From the NCBI RefSeq assembly GCF_002113885.1, contig NW_018407439.1, forward strand, positions 58,638-122,637: 64,000 nucleotides of DNA, given 5' to 3'. The position numbers were made by a program, and so were the translations under genes. Shown piece by piece: positions 48,962-63,433 of this stretch. This stretch comes from Mizuhopecten yessoensis. Taxonomy: Eukaryota. Numbering within the stretch: position 1 is the stretch's first letter; every line of letters starts with the position of its first letter. The notes beneath the pieces were generated by a model that worked only from the letters and a program-made list of their open reading frames with translations, made no database searches and was not told the origin of the DNA.

Positions 48962-50223
48962 CTAAATCCCCAAGCTGCAGCAGTGTAAAGTCATGGAAAA
49001 TGACTGAAATTTAAGAAAAGGAAGTTTTTTTTATTTTAAAATAGGAAAATTTGAGTTCTTTGAGCAATTTGAAAATTGAATTTTGTAGTATTGAAACAGT
49101 AGGGAAGGTTATAACATAGATTTGAATTTACATACTCCTAGACATATTTTCTGTAGTGGTAATGGACAAAGCTACCGGACTATGGTGTGCTTGGTGTGTA
49201 TTGGTTCTGTTTTGTTTGTCCCCTCTCCCTCTACCTCCTTAGCTTTACGTTTAGTAACATACTTCTGTATAGATGACTTTGAGTTTGTACACGTTGTCCT
49301 ACTACTCCATGACTATAAGTTAACTAGTTTTAGATTATATACTCAGACTCTGAAATGTTACTGAGGTCATTATCATATCAGGCTGTGACTTCATGCATGT
49401 CATTGTATGGTATTGATTTGGGGGGATCAAGGTCAGTGCCAGTAGATATATAGTAGGTTTGGATGCTAACTTGATGGATATCTATCCATACACAGACAAG
49501 GTTTGGGTATGTAATTTGATTGATATTGGTTAATAGGTTAGAAGTTGAAATGTGTCCACTCACTCAATCAACATTTTGTTGTTGTACTGCAGCTACAAGA
49601 TTCATTTAGTCATGTCGACCACCACGTTGTCCATTCCTTGAGCTAATAGACTGATCCAGGTATGACAAGTCATATGACAGATGTTATCTATTGACAATTT
49701 TTTCCCCCCAGTTTCTGTTGCAATTGCATATATATCAATTCACTATGGTGAAGTCATTGAAAAAACCAAAGGAAAGAAATTAGAAATTTAGAAAGTCAAT
49801 GTCATTGGAGAAATTAGGAATACAATAAAGCTTCCATCAATTGAACTTCGAAGATTTGAATTTCTCGATGTGTCAAAAGTGCGAATTTTCCCCCTTATAT
49901 AATACTACAAGTTGTACTCATAATTCCTTCATAAATCAAACTTTGATGAGTTGAATTTCGCGCTGTTTGGAAGTATCAGCAAGGTCTGTTTGTAATGAAA
50001 ACATTCAAAATTACAACTTCTAAATCAAAGGCAAATATTTACCTGTACAAAAACAATCCATTTAGTACATTTTTTTGCATCTTTTATTTATAAAATGACA
50101 TTATATGCAATCCAAAGGTACTAATAATCTTTCAAATACAATTTTCAATTTAGCAAAGGTTTTAAATTCAAAATCCTAACATTAAGATTGTCTTTATATA
50201 ATTATAATTGCTGATTAGCCCTA

Positions 50224-52292
50224 ATGGCATGTAAGACTTGTTACGGAACACTTCCACACACGGGCCTGTAAGACTAGTTACAGAACACTTCCACATACTG
50301 CATGTAAGACTTGTTACTGAACCCTTCCACACACTGGCATGTAAGACTTGTCACTGAACACTTCCACTCACTGGCCTGTAAGACAAGTTACTGAACACTT
50401 CCACTCACTGGCCTGTAAAATTAGTTACTGAACACGTCCCCACACTGGCCTGTAAGACAAGTTACTGAACATTTCGACATACTGGCCTGTATTTATTAGA
50501 CAAGTTACTGGTAGGACTATTTACTGAACATTCCACATACTGGCCGGTAAGACTAGTTACTTTACAGAACACTTCCACATACTGCATGTAAGACTTGTAA
50601 CTGAACACTTCCACATGCTGGCCTGTAAGACTAGTTACTGAACATTTCGACATACTGGCCTGTAAGACTAGTGACAGAACACTTCCACATACTGGCATGT
50701 AAGACTTGTTACTGAACACTTCCACATACTGGCCTGAAAGACTAGTTACTGAACACTTCCACCCACTGGCCTTGAAGACTAGTTACTGAACACTTCCACT
50801 TATTGGCCTGTAAGACTAGTTACTGAACACTTCCACTTATTGGCCTGTAAGACTAGTTACTGAACATTTTGACATACTGGCCTGTAAAACTAGTTACAGA
50901 ACCCTTCCACACACTGGCCTTTAAAAATAGTTACTGAACACTTCCACATATTGGCCTGTAAGACTAGTTACACAACACTTCCACACACTGGCCTTTAAAA
51001 ATAGTTACTGAACACTTCCACACGCTGGGCTGTAAGCCTAGGTACTGAACACTTCCACACACTGGCATGTAAGACTTGTTGCTGAACACTTCCACATGCT
51101 GGCCTGTAAGACAAGTTACTGAACACTTCCACATGCTGGCCTGTAAGACAAGTTACTGAACATTTCGACATAGTGGCCTGTAAGACTAGTTACTGAACAC
51201 TTCCACCCACTGGCCTTGAAGACTAGTTACTGAACACTTCCACTTATTGGCCTGTAAGACTAGTTACTGAACATTTTGACATACTGGCCTGTAAGACTAG
51301 TGAAAGAACACTTCCACATACTGGCCTGTAAGCCTAGTTCCTGAACACTTCCACACACTGGCATGTAAGACTTGTTGCTGAACACTTCCACATGCTGGCC
51401 TGTAAGTCTAGTTACAGAACACTTCCACCCACTGGCCTTGAAGACTAGTTACTGAACACTTCCACCCACTGGCCTTGAAGACTAGTTACTGAACACTTCC
51501 ACACACTGGCCTGTAAGACTAGTTACTGAACATTTTGACATACTGGCCTGTAAGACTAGTGACAGAACACTTCCACATACTGGCCTGTAAGACTTTTTAC
51601 TGAACACTTCCGCACACTGGCCTGTCAAATTAGTTACTGAACACGTCCACACACTGGCCTGTAAGACTTGTTACTGAACACTTCCACATACTGGCCTGTA
51701 AAACTAGTTACTGAACACTTCCACGTACTGGCCTGTAAGACTAGTTACTGAACACTTCCCCACACTGGCATGTAAGACTAGTTACTGAACACTTTCCCAC
51801 ACTGGCCTGTAAAACTAGTTACTGAACACTTCCGCACACTGGCCTGTAAGACTTGTTACTGAACACTTCCACATACTGGCCTGTAAGACTAGTTACTGAA
51901 CACTTCCACACACTGGCATGTAAGACTAGTTACTGAACACTTTCACACACTGGCCTGTAAAACTAGTTACTGAACACTTCCACATACTGGCCTGTAAGAC
52001 TAGTTACTGAACACTTCCCCCCACTGGCCTGTAAAACTAGTTACTGAACACTTCCACATACTGGCCTGTAAGACTTGTTACTGAACACTTCCACATACTG
52101 GCCTGTAAGACAAGTTACTGAACACTTCGACATACTGGCCTGTAAGACTTGTTACTGAACATTTCCACACACTGGCCTGTAAGACTAGTTACTGAACATT
52201 TCCACTCACTGGCCTGTAAAACTAGTTACTGAACACTTCCGCACACTGGCCTGTAAGACTTGTTACTGAACACTTCCACATACTGGCCAGTA
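50224..52292. repeat. 37-bp tandem array (about 55 diverged units)
   Basis: ACTGGCCTGTAAGACTAGTTACTGAACACTTCCACAT. Confidence 0.96.
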
Positions 52293-52760
52293 AAATAGAT
52301 TTTGATGGATTGTGACATTGCATCAAATATGGTATGATGACCCATTTGTTGTTGATTTGAAGCAATTGCCGTATCGGGGATGAGTTGGTGATTGTTGTGA
52401 TTTCCCTAATCCTTTTGATTGAATATCGTCTAGGTATAAAGCACTTCGATGTTATGATGGCAAATCAATTTGATCTTACTTTATTTGAACTTTTATAATT
52501 ATTAGCAAATAGATGCCAAATAACATGACATGAGTCGTACAAGGAATGTCAAAATATTTCTACTCGATGCAAAATTGAATCATTACGCTGATTGTTATCA
52601 TTTATTATATAACATGATTTGTCACTTCATAAAACTGGGAGTTAGTTTATTGACCTAAACTTTTAATAGGACATGTTACACAGCACCATATAAACAGTAC
52701 ACATGTAACAGTAAATGTTGACATAAAACAGTACCCATGTAACAGTAAATGTTGACATAA

Positions 52761-53077
52761 TACTTGTTTGTTTGTTTGTTTGTTTATGTTTAACGGCCCA
52801 TCGACGGCTGTGGTCATTTAGGGCCATGGTGATTTATTTATTTATTTTACTTTTTTAACAAACATGTGAATAGCGAAGATAAAATCAGATAAAATGGTTC
52901 ATTTTAAAAGTATTCGCATTGTATGTGTAGATAATTAAAAATAATAAAAGGGGGTTAAAATAATAAAAGAGATAACGAATAGATGATATGGAATATGCGA
53001 TATATATATAACGTCAAAAAGGATAAGGTGGGTTAAAAGACATCAGAGTCTATAAAATAGACCGATGTCTTTCAAAT
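52761..53077 (-). mobile_element. 5'-truncated LINE 3' end (I/Nimb-like) with a (CAAA)n tail and TSD, inserted in a 35-bp minisatellite
   Basis: Minus strand reads YLKDIGLFYRL*, then a UTR, GGCCCTAAATGACCACAGCCGTCGATGGGCC and (CAAA)n; AAATGTTGACATAA on both flanks. Confidence 0.75.
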
Positions 53078-55198
53078 AAATGTTGACATAAAACAGTAAA
53101 CATGTAACAGTAAATGTTGACATGAAACAGTATAATGTAACAGTAAATGTTGACATAAAACAGTACACATGTAACAGTAAATGTTGAAATGATATATTAT
53201 ATATAACTACATCATTATACTGTAAAATGTTACATCCTGCCCACTTGAACCTATTCCGTCTTTGCGTATTGCAGAGTTATATATATATAATCTTCTCTTG
53301 GGAACAGGTATTGATTGTTACGTCACTTGTTTGCGAGAGTAACGTCATCAATTTTTGAGAAAACGACGGAATAAGTGGCATCAACATTTAAAAATTAAGG
53401 TAGAGTGTTATGTGTTCTGTGTTGTTTCTCCAATGAAAAAAAAAAGAATTCCAATTTTTTGACATTTTTCTGACGTCAGGTTGCTTGCCCATTTACTATA
53501 GCAAAGAGTAATATACTTATGAAATGAGTTTACTATAATTTAACTTTTTTTTCAAAAACATGTATTGGATTAGGATGTTTTATGACATACATATATATAC
53601 TTATGAGAAATAGTGTACCGTGGCGAACTACAAATGTATATATCAGCCGTGGCGTTCTACACACTAACAAAGCTATATACTGTACCCCACATCTCTGTTT
53701 ACCATTTTATGGTTGTCTGCAAATTTTGAAATTCTCATTTGTGGTATAATAATATATGTGACATTTTTTCAGGTTTTACAATCATTTATACATTGGATTG
53801 ATCTATCAGGTAGCATTACCATGCAAACATACTAAAATTGATCATTCAAGTCTTCAAAGATTTATTGTGCTTTAATGTACTGGATAAGATTCCAACTATT
53901 ATTCATTTTTTTTCTTCGTCTAAATATCAAAGCATTGTCTTATTCTTCACTAAATGCATATTAAAACTATTGACAAACATTTCTATGTATACTAATGAAT
54001 TTCCTGTTGTTTAGCAATTATCCCAATAAACTAAAAAATCCACATTCTGAGTGATAAAGCTATCCAGACTTTGACTAAATTGTTCCTGACAATCTCCTTC
54101 ATTTGACCATAAAATGTCTTAATAGACCCTGAGGCCTATCTGTGTATAAACCTCTATGGTAGATCAATACTGTGGAAGATGTATCTTCATATTGAATAAC
54201 ACTCAAGCTAAAGACATCAAATTCAAATCTGCTTTAATTATTGTTTTCTGCCTTTGGCGTTATATGACACTATCATATAAATATATCTGTTACAAGTTAA
54301 GGTAATAGGATTGTGTCGTCATTTCTCAGTAGAATTTCTTCAAATTTTGTAGTTATATTGCTTTAAAGTAAAGAAAATGTTCTGCCACCAAAAAAATATA
54401 GGTTGTCATAATTTTAAGGAATTTAAATGGAAATTTATGTAAAAAGGAGTCACTTTTGAAAAAGAAATGAAAGACACAATTTGTTGCAAGATAATGTCAA
54501 TAAAAATGATACTGCCATAGATTTGTATTGCATTAATGTATATCAATTTAATAAATGCTGAAATTATGTCAAATAAATTATCTATAAACGATTAAAAATT
54601 GACATTTTTTAATAAAACCATATGCACAGAGTAATTGCAGGTAAGAGTTATCTTTCTTGAAAAGTAGTGACAGAAGTGAAATAGGTAGCCGGTTTCCTGA
54701 AGTACAGAAAAATGGATGCATGTGGCTCATTGATTAAAAAAACCTGAATTAATGCCTGCATTGCTTTGAAATACTTTAATATTGAGAGAAAACACTGTTC
54801 TTTCAATAATAAACATACAATATTCATCAGTTTAATATTAAACATTCGAATATGCGGAAATTGTGATACTGTCTCCCTACTTCCTACTTCCGTTTATCAA
54901 TACACTCCTATGACCTTAATGTTATTTGTGTATTCAGTATACGATGATCTTAATTATTATATACTAATAAATACAGATTTTTTGTATATGCGATACGACA
55001 CAATTGCTCTAACCCATATCAGCCCTCACCGTATCACACCCCAAAATCTGTATCAGCCCCCGCCATATCACACCCCAAAACCTGTATCAGCCCGCAAAAC
55101 CTGTATCACACCCCTTTTGGCAATTTTTCGTTTTTCAATATTTCAAACTAAAAATAGATAATAAGATAGTAGCTGTTATAAGTAAGTATGTAATAAAC

Positions 55199-55324
55199 AG
55201 AATAAAACATGCCTTTTTCCATATCACACCCAGTATCAACCCTCGACCAATATCAGCCTTCGGGCTGATATTGCAGTCTCAGGTTGATACCGGGTTTTAT
55301 ATGGAAAAAGGCATGAATTATTCT
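55199..55324. repeat. About 126-bp imperfect palindrome (fold-back MITE end)
   Basis: CATGCCTTTTTCCATAT...CAATATCAGCC-TTCG-GGCTGATATTG...ATATGGAAAAAGGCATG. Confidence 0.8.
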
Positions 55325-55444
55325 CTACTACACGTAGTGTTTGATAGATTTTATCTTCAACGGTTATAATATATGTATGACTGAATGATGTTTCTTCAAA
55401 TATTATTTAATATAATACATAACAGTGTATTGTGACTAAAACAC

Positions 55445-55800
55445 ATGTATACTAGTATGTCATAATATATTACAATGTATGCATGGTGACACTGACATCT
55501 GTATACTAGTATGTCATACTATATTACATTGTATGATGATACTGACATCTATACACTACTAGTATGTCATAATATATTACAATGTATGGTGACACTGACA
55601 TCTCCTTACTAGTATGTCATAATATATTACATTGTATGATGATACTGACATTTTAATACACTAGTATGTCATAATATATTACATTGTATGGTGACACTGA
55701 CATTTATACACTAGAATGTCATAATATATTACATTGATGGTAACACTGACATCTGTAGACTTGTATGTCATAATATATTATATATTGTATAGTGACATCT
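55445..55800. repeat. About 50-bp diverged minisatellite
   Basis: ACTAGTATGTCATAATATATTACATTGTATGGTGACACTGACAT repeated about 6-7 times. Confidence 0.85.
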
Positions 55801-57554
55801 ATAGTTGTTAAATATTTACAAAAAGACAATCAAATTAACAAATTGATTCAGCTACGCCTTGCTGAATACCTGGTCATAGATATGTAAGAGTCTTTGAGCC
55901 CCCTCATTTTGATTCAGGACAGTCCCACCGTAGCATATCCAGATGGCTTCCTTTATCTGCCGCTTGAACAGATTGCTCTCTGTGTCCAACACGTTGGAGT
56001 TATCCGAGTCAATAACATGATTATGCTGGGTGGCTTGGTCTGTGTTTGCCCATTTATTGATCTGGAAGTGTGACTGCTTCCTTTCTGATAGGGTAAATGT
56101 CTTTCCCTCTTGGGTTTTTGTATCTTTCTGGTATTCACTAAGTTGAACTCAAACTGCCTTCCAACATTAGCAACAATTATTTAAATAAAAAATCTATAAT
56201 ATTTACAATCTTTATAAACATCACAAATCAAGAACATTTACAGTTAATGTAAACTTTATAGAAATCACACGTAAATGAACGTAACAGTTGTAATAGTTGT
56301 CATGAGTTACTGACATTTGTGGATATTGTTTGGCTGCTGCTCCTGTTCATTGAAGCGTGAATGGCCCTGGATGACGAGGTCGTTAGAGATATATAATATA
56401 CTGCAGTATCTTGATTACATCAGACATGCTGTATGATCATGTAAACGTCTGATGTGTATTGCCTTCACGGATCAGTGATTATTGATAAAGGTTGACTGCA
56501 GGCATTAGACACCTTGCGGTATTGGAATAATTTCACACCTGACTGAACACGATCAGCTGTTTCACATGATATTAGTAGTGGATATCTGACAGCCATAGAC
56601 ATTTATTTCAATGAATGGTAATTTGACAGCTAGGTATGAAAATGAAAATATTTTGATAGGCTTTTAATTAAGCATCCCCATACCACTGCCAAAAGCTGAA
56701 ACTACACATTAGAAACTGCAGGACTGAACTTCAAAATGATATACTTTTTCTTTCACCAACTGAGCTACCTGGCCTAACTGTGCTACGGTTATAAGGGAAA
56801 CTATATACAAAAAAATCATAGTGCCGCGGGACAGGGATATATACAGAATATAGGGAGAATATATATATATACACACCATCAAAGGGAGGTGATCTCAGCA
56901 GAGATCATCAAAATTCTTTAAAAACTGAGCTGTTATGTATTGAAAATTATAAACAAGTAAAAATGATATAGCTGCTGATTTTATGTATATTAATAGTTCA
57001 TTCTAACCTTTGATGTCTCCTATATGAATATTAAGATAGCGTCTGGTTTGATAACTTTTGACATGATATACATAATCACAATGTATTTGAAAGGAGGCTT
57101 TTCAATAATATTTTGTTCAGTTTGAATTTAATATGAAATATATTACCAGCATTTATGAATATGTTGTGCCATAAAACACTCTGGGGTTAGGGTGACCGCA
57201 GGAACTTTAACTATATGTGGCTTCAATGCCTTTAAGATTTGCATAGACTTCGGAAAGGTGACCCCTAAATAGAAGCGGAGTGTATAGCTGGAATATCCAA
57301 ATCTACAGCAGTTTAGATGTTCATTGATCAGTCTGTGAGGAATATACAGGACATGTTTGGGTATAGCTCCATGCTATATACAGCTCTGCAACAATAGCCA
57401 GACCGTGGCGTTACTAGGTGTGTATCAGCCATTTTCTTTATCATTTTGTCAGATTTGAGTTATTTTAAGACTTAATAAGACCAAACAATTAAGTATCTGA
57501 ATATAAATGTACCAGTACATTTATATTCTTGACAACTTGGTGTCTGTACATTTG

Positions 57555-58285
57555 TATATAGTGTAACCTCTGACTAGCCTGTATACAGTAGAACCTCTTA
57601 AATCCAGATACTTAAGTCTCTGTATAACGTAACCTCAATAACCTGGCCACTTTGGTGCATGTATACAGTAGAACCTCTTTAATCCAGGTACTTAAGTCTT
57701 TGTATAACGTAACCTCAATAGCCTGGACACTTTGGTGTGTGTATACAGTAGAACCTCTTTGAGCCGGATACTTTAGTCTCTGTATAATGTAACCTCAATA
57801 GCCTGGACGCTTTGGTGTGTGTATACAGTAGAACCTCTTTAATCCAGGTACTTAAGTCTCTGTATAACGTAACCTCAATAGCCTGGACACTTTGGTGTGT
57901 GTATACAGTAGAACCTCTTTAATCCAGGTACTTAAGTCTTTGTATAACGTAACCTCAATAGCCTGGACACTTTGGTGTGTGTATACAGTAGAACCTCCTT
58001 AATCCAGGTACTTAAGTCTCTGTATAACGTAACCTCAATAGCCTGGACACTTTGGCGTGTGTATACAGTAGAACCTCTTTGATCCGGATACTTTAGTCTC
58101 GGTATAATGTAACCTCAATAGCCTGGACACTTTGGTGTGTGTATACAGTAGAACCTCTTTGATCCGGATACTTTAGTCTCTGTATAACGTAACCTCAATA
58201 ACCTGGACACTTTGGTGTGTGTATACAGTAGAACCTCTTTAATCCAGGTACTTAAGTCTCTGTATAACGTAACCTCAATAGTTTG
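57555..58285. repeat. 80-bp tandem array (about 9 units) built from two related 40-bp halves
   Basis: GTATACAGTAGAACCTCTTTAATCCAGGTACTTAAGTCTCT + GTATAACGTAACCTCAATAGCCTGGACACTTTGGTGTGT. Confidence 0.95.
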
Positions 58286-61200
58286 GACTCTAGTGTCTAG
58301 TATACAGAAGAATCTAGTTAGTCTGGACATTGTTTTACTTTGTGAAAAACTAAAGGGGGGCAATAAGTCACTCTTTTGTTTGTTCTTCCATTACGCATTT
58401 TTGTCTGAAACATGACTTTTACAGTTCCTTACAATACTTGGTCATACCTTTTTCCCGTTATGGGTGGGTCACTCCCAAGGATTTGTTTTTAAGGAAATTA
58501 CCTGATCGATGATTATGACCGGAGTGGGTACCGTTTTTTCACAAAATGTTCACTGAAGTCTTTGTTCATGTTCTGCCTCTTCTAGCAAACATTAGCTACT
58601 GATACACACTGATCTTTGCCTCTTACATCTTGCCAGGTACTAAATCACATACCACACCAATTATATGTGCTTGATTGGTGTGAAAGACTGGTGGTTAGGA
58701 GGAGCCGTAATCATCCATGTATGAAGTATTTAAATCAGGGATCTCAAATGTTTATAGGTGTGGACTGCATGGTCGCTAATTATTCTAATTAATGTAATTT
58801 ACAGGGTTTTTTTCTGGAAAAGCATGGGTCCTTTTTTTCCAACTTTTTATTGTTCTTAAATATTTAAAAGAAAATCCTCAGGGTTTTTTTATCTACAATG
58901 TACGTATTTATGCATTTTGCCTTTCGTGCAACTTGTTTTAAGTGTACACTGTTTCTGGTTGGAGAGTGCAGGTCATCAAATTGGAGATAATCAAGTTTGT
59001 TCAACCATTGCCAGGAATACATGATAAAGACACTGTATATTGATTATTCCATCATACAAGTTAATGTGTGTATCATTTCAACATGAAATCATTTAATATT
59101 TTGTTTATTACAATTTTATGGTTCACTTGCTCAGTACATATAATTTTTGTGATTTGGTTGACAGATTTAATATTGGACAATATCTTCTTCATCCTGATGA
59201 TATTAATTGTTTGATTACAGATGGTACCGGACACATCTGGAAACACAGCTTTTTTGTTTTCCTCCCTGTTCTAAACTTAAGTGTTCAGTGGGCCATAACT
59301 AGGCTACTACTGTGACCTTCATGTAAGTGTTAACTATTGATTTCAAATGCAAGTGTCATGCATACAGTAATTTGTATATGATATAAGCCATACACTTTGA
59401 TTGTAACGCGCTAATTAAGAATCCTTGCAGGTATAGACAGAAATAAAATTTCAATTTGTGAAATTGCATGATTATGAAGAAGAGTTAAACTCAGAGCTGT
59501 ATGAACAACTTGGACCATTCTCCCTTTTATACCTAACATAAAGCATTCTAAAGGTATTTTCTCTGGCTTAGAGTTACTTCCCTTTGCAATTGATTCATCT
59601 TTCATTTTGATACTCTGCATTTACAATTCACCTTTTAAGAGAGATATTCACTTTGAATTATCTGTCCTTATTTTTTGGAGGTCATATAATATTGATTACT
59701 GGCCCTTTAGTTCTGCTGAAACATCATTTCTGCTTATATATAAATAACTTCAAATTTACTTAAATCTAGATAACAAATTATAATATCATAGAAGCATGAA
59801 ACCTTGTGATCTGGATAATTAATGTGTTAAGCTTGAATCACAATACGGATCACAATACAGTACAATTTTATTTGATCCCATTGCCGACTTGATATCTGCA
59901 GTTATCTAGTTATCTGCAGGCACTGATTTACCTACCTTTATCTGACTGTAGTGGGTTAAATTATTTCTCTTGCTCCCATTACTTCAATAATCTATACATA
60001 GGTACATTATTCCCTGAAAGATTTCTCCCTAACATCAATTAAAATCAACCAGCTTATATATTCACACCATAAAAACAACTGTCTAACTAATTTGTTCAGG
60101 TGTGTTAAACACTGCTTCACGTTAAGCTTGTCTTTGTTTATTTTTGTTTTCCAATACTCAAAATTTTGAACAGCTCTATACTTCTGTGAAATGCATAAAA
60201 GATGTGTTGTATGTAAAATTTCATCTGTAAAAAATGACAAACAGTTATATGACACTGTAAATGATGTACAGTGTTATCCGCCCCTATCTGGTCTAGGTAG
60301 TGTATGTGATAAACATTGACAATTGAACATATTCCCGACATCATCCAACATACCAAGGACATTGACAAAGACCCCTGCTCTCTGTCACCATTCTTGTTGG
60401 GCGTAGGTGTAATGTACGTCACTAGAGACAAGCGCTGTACAGACTCAGATGTGTTTGAAGGGTTGCGACTGATCTACTAGAGCGGATGTGAGAAGGATGC
60501 ACACATAACAGGACCATTTTGGTCGTCGCTGATTGATTAATAAACAGATTTCTTTGTCTATACCTTCTATAGATAGAAACTCTAATTGACCACTTCGTGG
60601 CATGTGATGTCCAACACGTGATAATTTTTCGAGATTACGGTGTAAAGACTACCCCAGAGGATCGCTGTATCGCATTTGATCAAGTTAGGGTCTGTTTTTG
60701 CCTCTACCCAAAATAGCATTCAGATCAGCTGTTTTTGGATGTTGTCTACTGATGGATCAATTATTGTCAAATTTAGGTTATGATGTTTTAAGTGTAACAT
60801 AGGCTTGTCAACATGCAATACATTTATTCCTATTGTCTATACAATGACTTGCCTGTGGTTTAGTAGTGAGTCTGACTTTCGTCACAGCTGGAATCCTGAC
60901 AAATGTGATAATTGAATTTGTAGTAAGTTGTTACCGTGTATGGTAGCTCAGACACATGTATGATGCAGGGCTGAGACTGTAAGAGTAAGGCTGATTACAG
61001 AGCCAACACTTCAAATACTGGTAGGTTCCTGGGGGAACCAAGCTCTGATGCTGAATTATAGATAGATTTGCACCCAAATATAGATTAAGTGCTAGAGGTT
61101 GGACACCCTCCTTAAATTGTTTTTTTTGCATGATTTTTCTCAGTAAGGAAATCAAATTTGAATAATAATTTCGAGGTTTTGTTTTTTTAGCTTAGAACAT

Positions 61201-62378
61201 ATAGAGGGCTACTACTATCTTTTTACACATTAAAAATCTTCAATATTTCTTTCTGGAAACATCAAATTTCATTATAACTTAGAAAGTAATTCAGTTAAAA
61301 CTTATATTTGTTGATCTTTGTCATATATTCCCTAAATATTGATATAATCTTACCTCACCTTGGGGCTAAGGACTGAAAAATATGTCTAGTCCACATCAAA
61401 TACAAATGTTTCATTTTTCAAAAGCTTACCTTGATTTCATAATTTCTAGCAAAATGGAGATATCTTGTGTGATCTGCTACTGTTGATGTATTGCTATAAA
61501 GTGACGTACAATTGTTTTGACAGGGGAATCACCCCTGTTTCCCTTACTGGAGGTGTGGATATTCTGGTCTATAATGGGCGATAATACGCTTTCTGTCAAA
61601 TGGGACATTTTACACCATTGACTGACATGATTTTTTGAATGCTTTGTTATAGAAAAACATTTTATAATCTACAAAAAAGTATCTAAACATGTATACATCA
61701 AAACTGATACGCCAGATTAACGGTCATATGACCAAAGCAGAAGTTGGGATTTGAATTCAAAATCTAAACACTTGCAGCAAATACATTGATTTTTCTGAAA
61801 ATATCTTATCTGATATCTTGTATCGACTTTCATAGCAATTTAAAATCAAATTTATATAACCATATCTGGCATGATTCCCTGAAATCTTGTTTGTTGTATT
61901 CTGACCTCGCTGCACCAGACGTAAGCATTATTAATTCTCGTCACAGCAGTATAGAATAGGATCCTGGTGAGGCCTCGTACTGGGGAGCTTATTTGTCTCC
62001 TTATACAGACTTTACTGTGTTTAGATTTCAATATATCTTGGTGACTTTTCCAATTATCAACTTTACTGGCCTCAGTTGGAATATCCAATGACAAAGGGTG
62101 ATCATCAGAAAGGGTCTTTATATCTAGAATGTCTACCTAAGTATAACTAAATCACTAGTACATTATCTGTTAGAACAAAGATCCTAAGGTCAAGGTCATG
62201 CATTCAAATAATTGGTTGATGAATTCATTAACTTCTCTTTTTCCATTGTTTCAAGGTTACAGGGGTTAATTTAGTACAGACAAAAGAGGGGATGCATGTT
62301 TTGATGATTCCTACTCCATTTTCCTCCCTTTATAACAAAAACCTGTAATGCTAAAGTTTGTGACATCTTGGTTTGGTA

Positions 62379-63030
62379 GTTATCCCCCGCTTTCATTGAA
62401 ACGGGGAATATTAATTTGGGTTTGCCCGTCTGTCTGTCACGCTTCGTTTCAGCAAACTTTATTTGGCGGAGTTATGGCCCCTTGAATAATGAAAAACGTC
62501 ATTATCTGCCAAGCTTTGTTTTCGTGCAATAACTACAACAAATTTTCACCGATTTTCTTCAAACTTGGTCACAGGTTAAATGCCATAAGGGCTCGGTCAA
62601 GTTTGATGACAACTTTCAGCGAACTTTATTTGGCGGAGTTATGGCCCCTTGAATAACGAAAAACGTCATCTGCCGTTTCTGTTCATTTACTATTGCAAAT
62701 ATTATCCGATTGCCAAGTTTGACAACCACTTAAATCGGACTCCATTTGACAGAGTTATGTCCCCTTGATTAACGAAAAATGTCATTATCTGCAGTTTCCG
62801 CTTAATAACTCTAGCAAATATTAGCTGAATTCCTTTAGACTTGATAACGATGTTTGTGTTCCTCTGTCTTTCCACCCATCTTGGGCACTCTTTGGTTTTT
62901 GTGTGATAATTGCTATAGAAAATGTTCAGATGTTTCAACCAAATTCCATATGCACATCCGACTCATGCTATGTTTGCCAACCCATGTGATTTGTGCATAT
63001 TTACGGATAATCAATGGGGTATAGTTTGAA
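62379..63030 (+). mobile_element. HINE-type element of a further family
   Basis: TTATCCCCCG...CGGGGAATAT hairpin, (GTCT)n, internal repeats GGCGGAGTTATGGCCCCTTGAATAA about 168 bp apart. Confidence 0.55.
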
Positions 63031-63433
63031 GCTCTACATTATGTCTCAACAGCACGATACTCACATGTTTAAACCTAACCTCAATAATGTTAACCTACAA
63101 TATGTCCTGCAAGCTAGGGATATAAATTCCACGAATTGTTTTATGTATATATCTAGAAAGATCTAGAAAGCTTATATATTAACTTGTGTCACAGTACTCT
63201 GGACGTTCTGACAAACTAGATTTCTGAATTGATATCCCAGCTTGTGATAATGGTAATACAGTGAACTAATTTGTAATGTATGTGGACAGTCATGTGGGTT
63301 ATTTAATGTGGTCAGTCCCAGAGGTGATGGAACTGGTGCAGTATACCAGGGTCAGATAACTGCAGATCTATATATATGGTACTGTTGAGTGTGAAGTACA
63401 CATCCTAAGACATTACTACAAAGGTTCTATTAC

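Noticed and set aside
56415-56460. ACATCAGAC...GTCTGATGT hairpin as a pre-miRNA
   Set aside because: Only a 9-bp stem and no recognisable mature miRNA.
59221-59322. AG...GT-bounded plus-strand exon candidate
   Set aside because: Stops in all three frames; cannot be supported as coding, and non-coding use is untestable here.
62031-62150. IYLGDF...W...LECL resembling a LINE endonuclease motif (GDFN)
   Set aside because: Too short and degenerate to support without a profile search.
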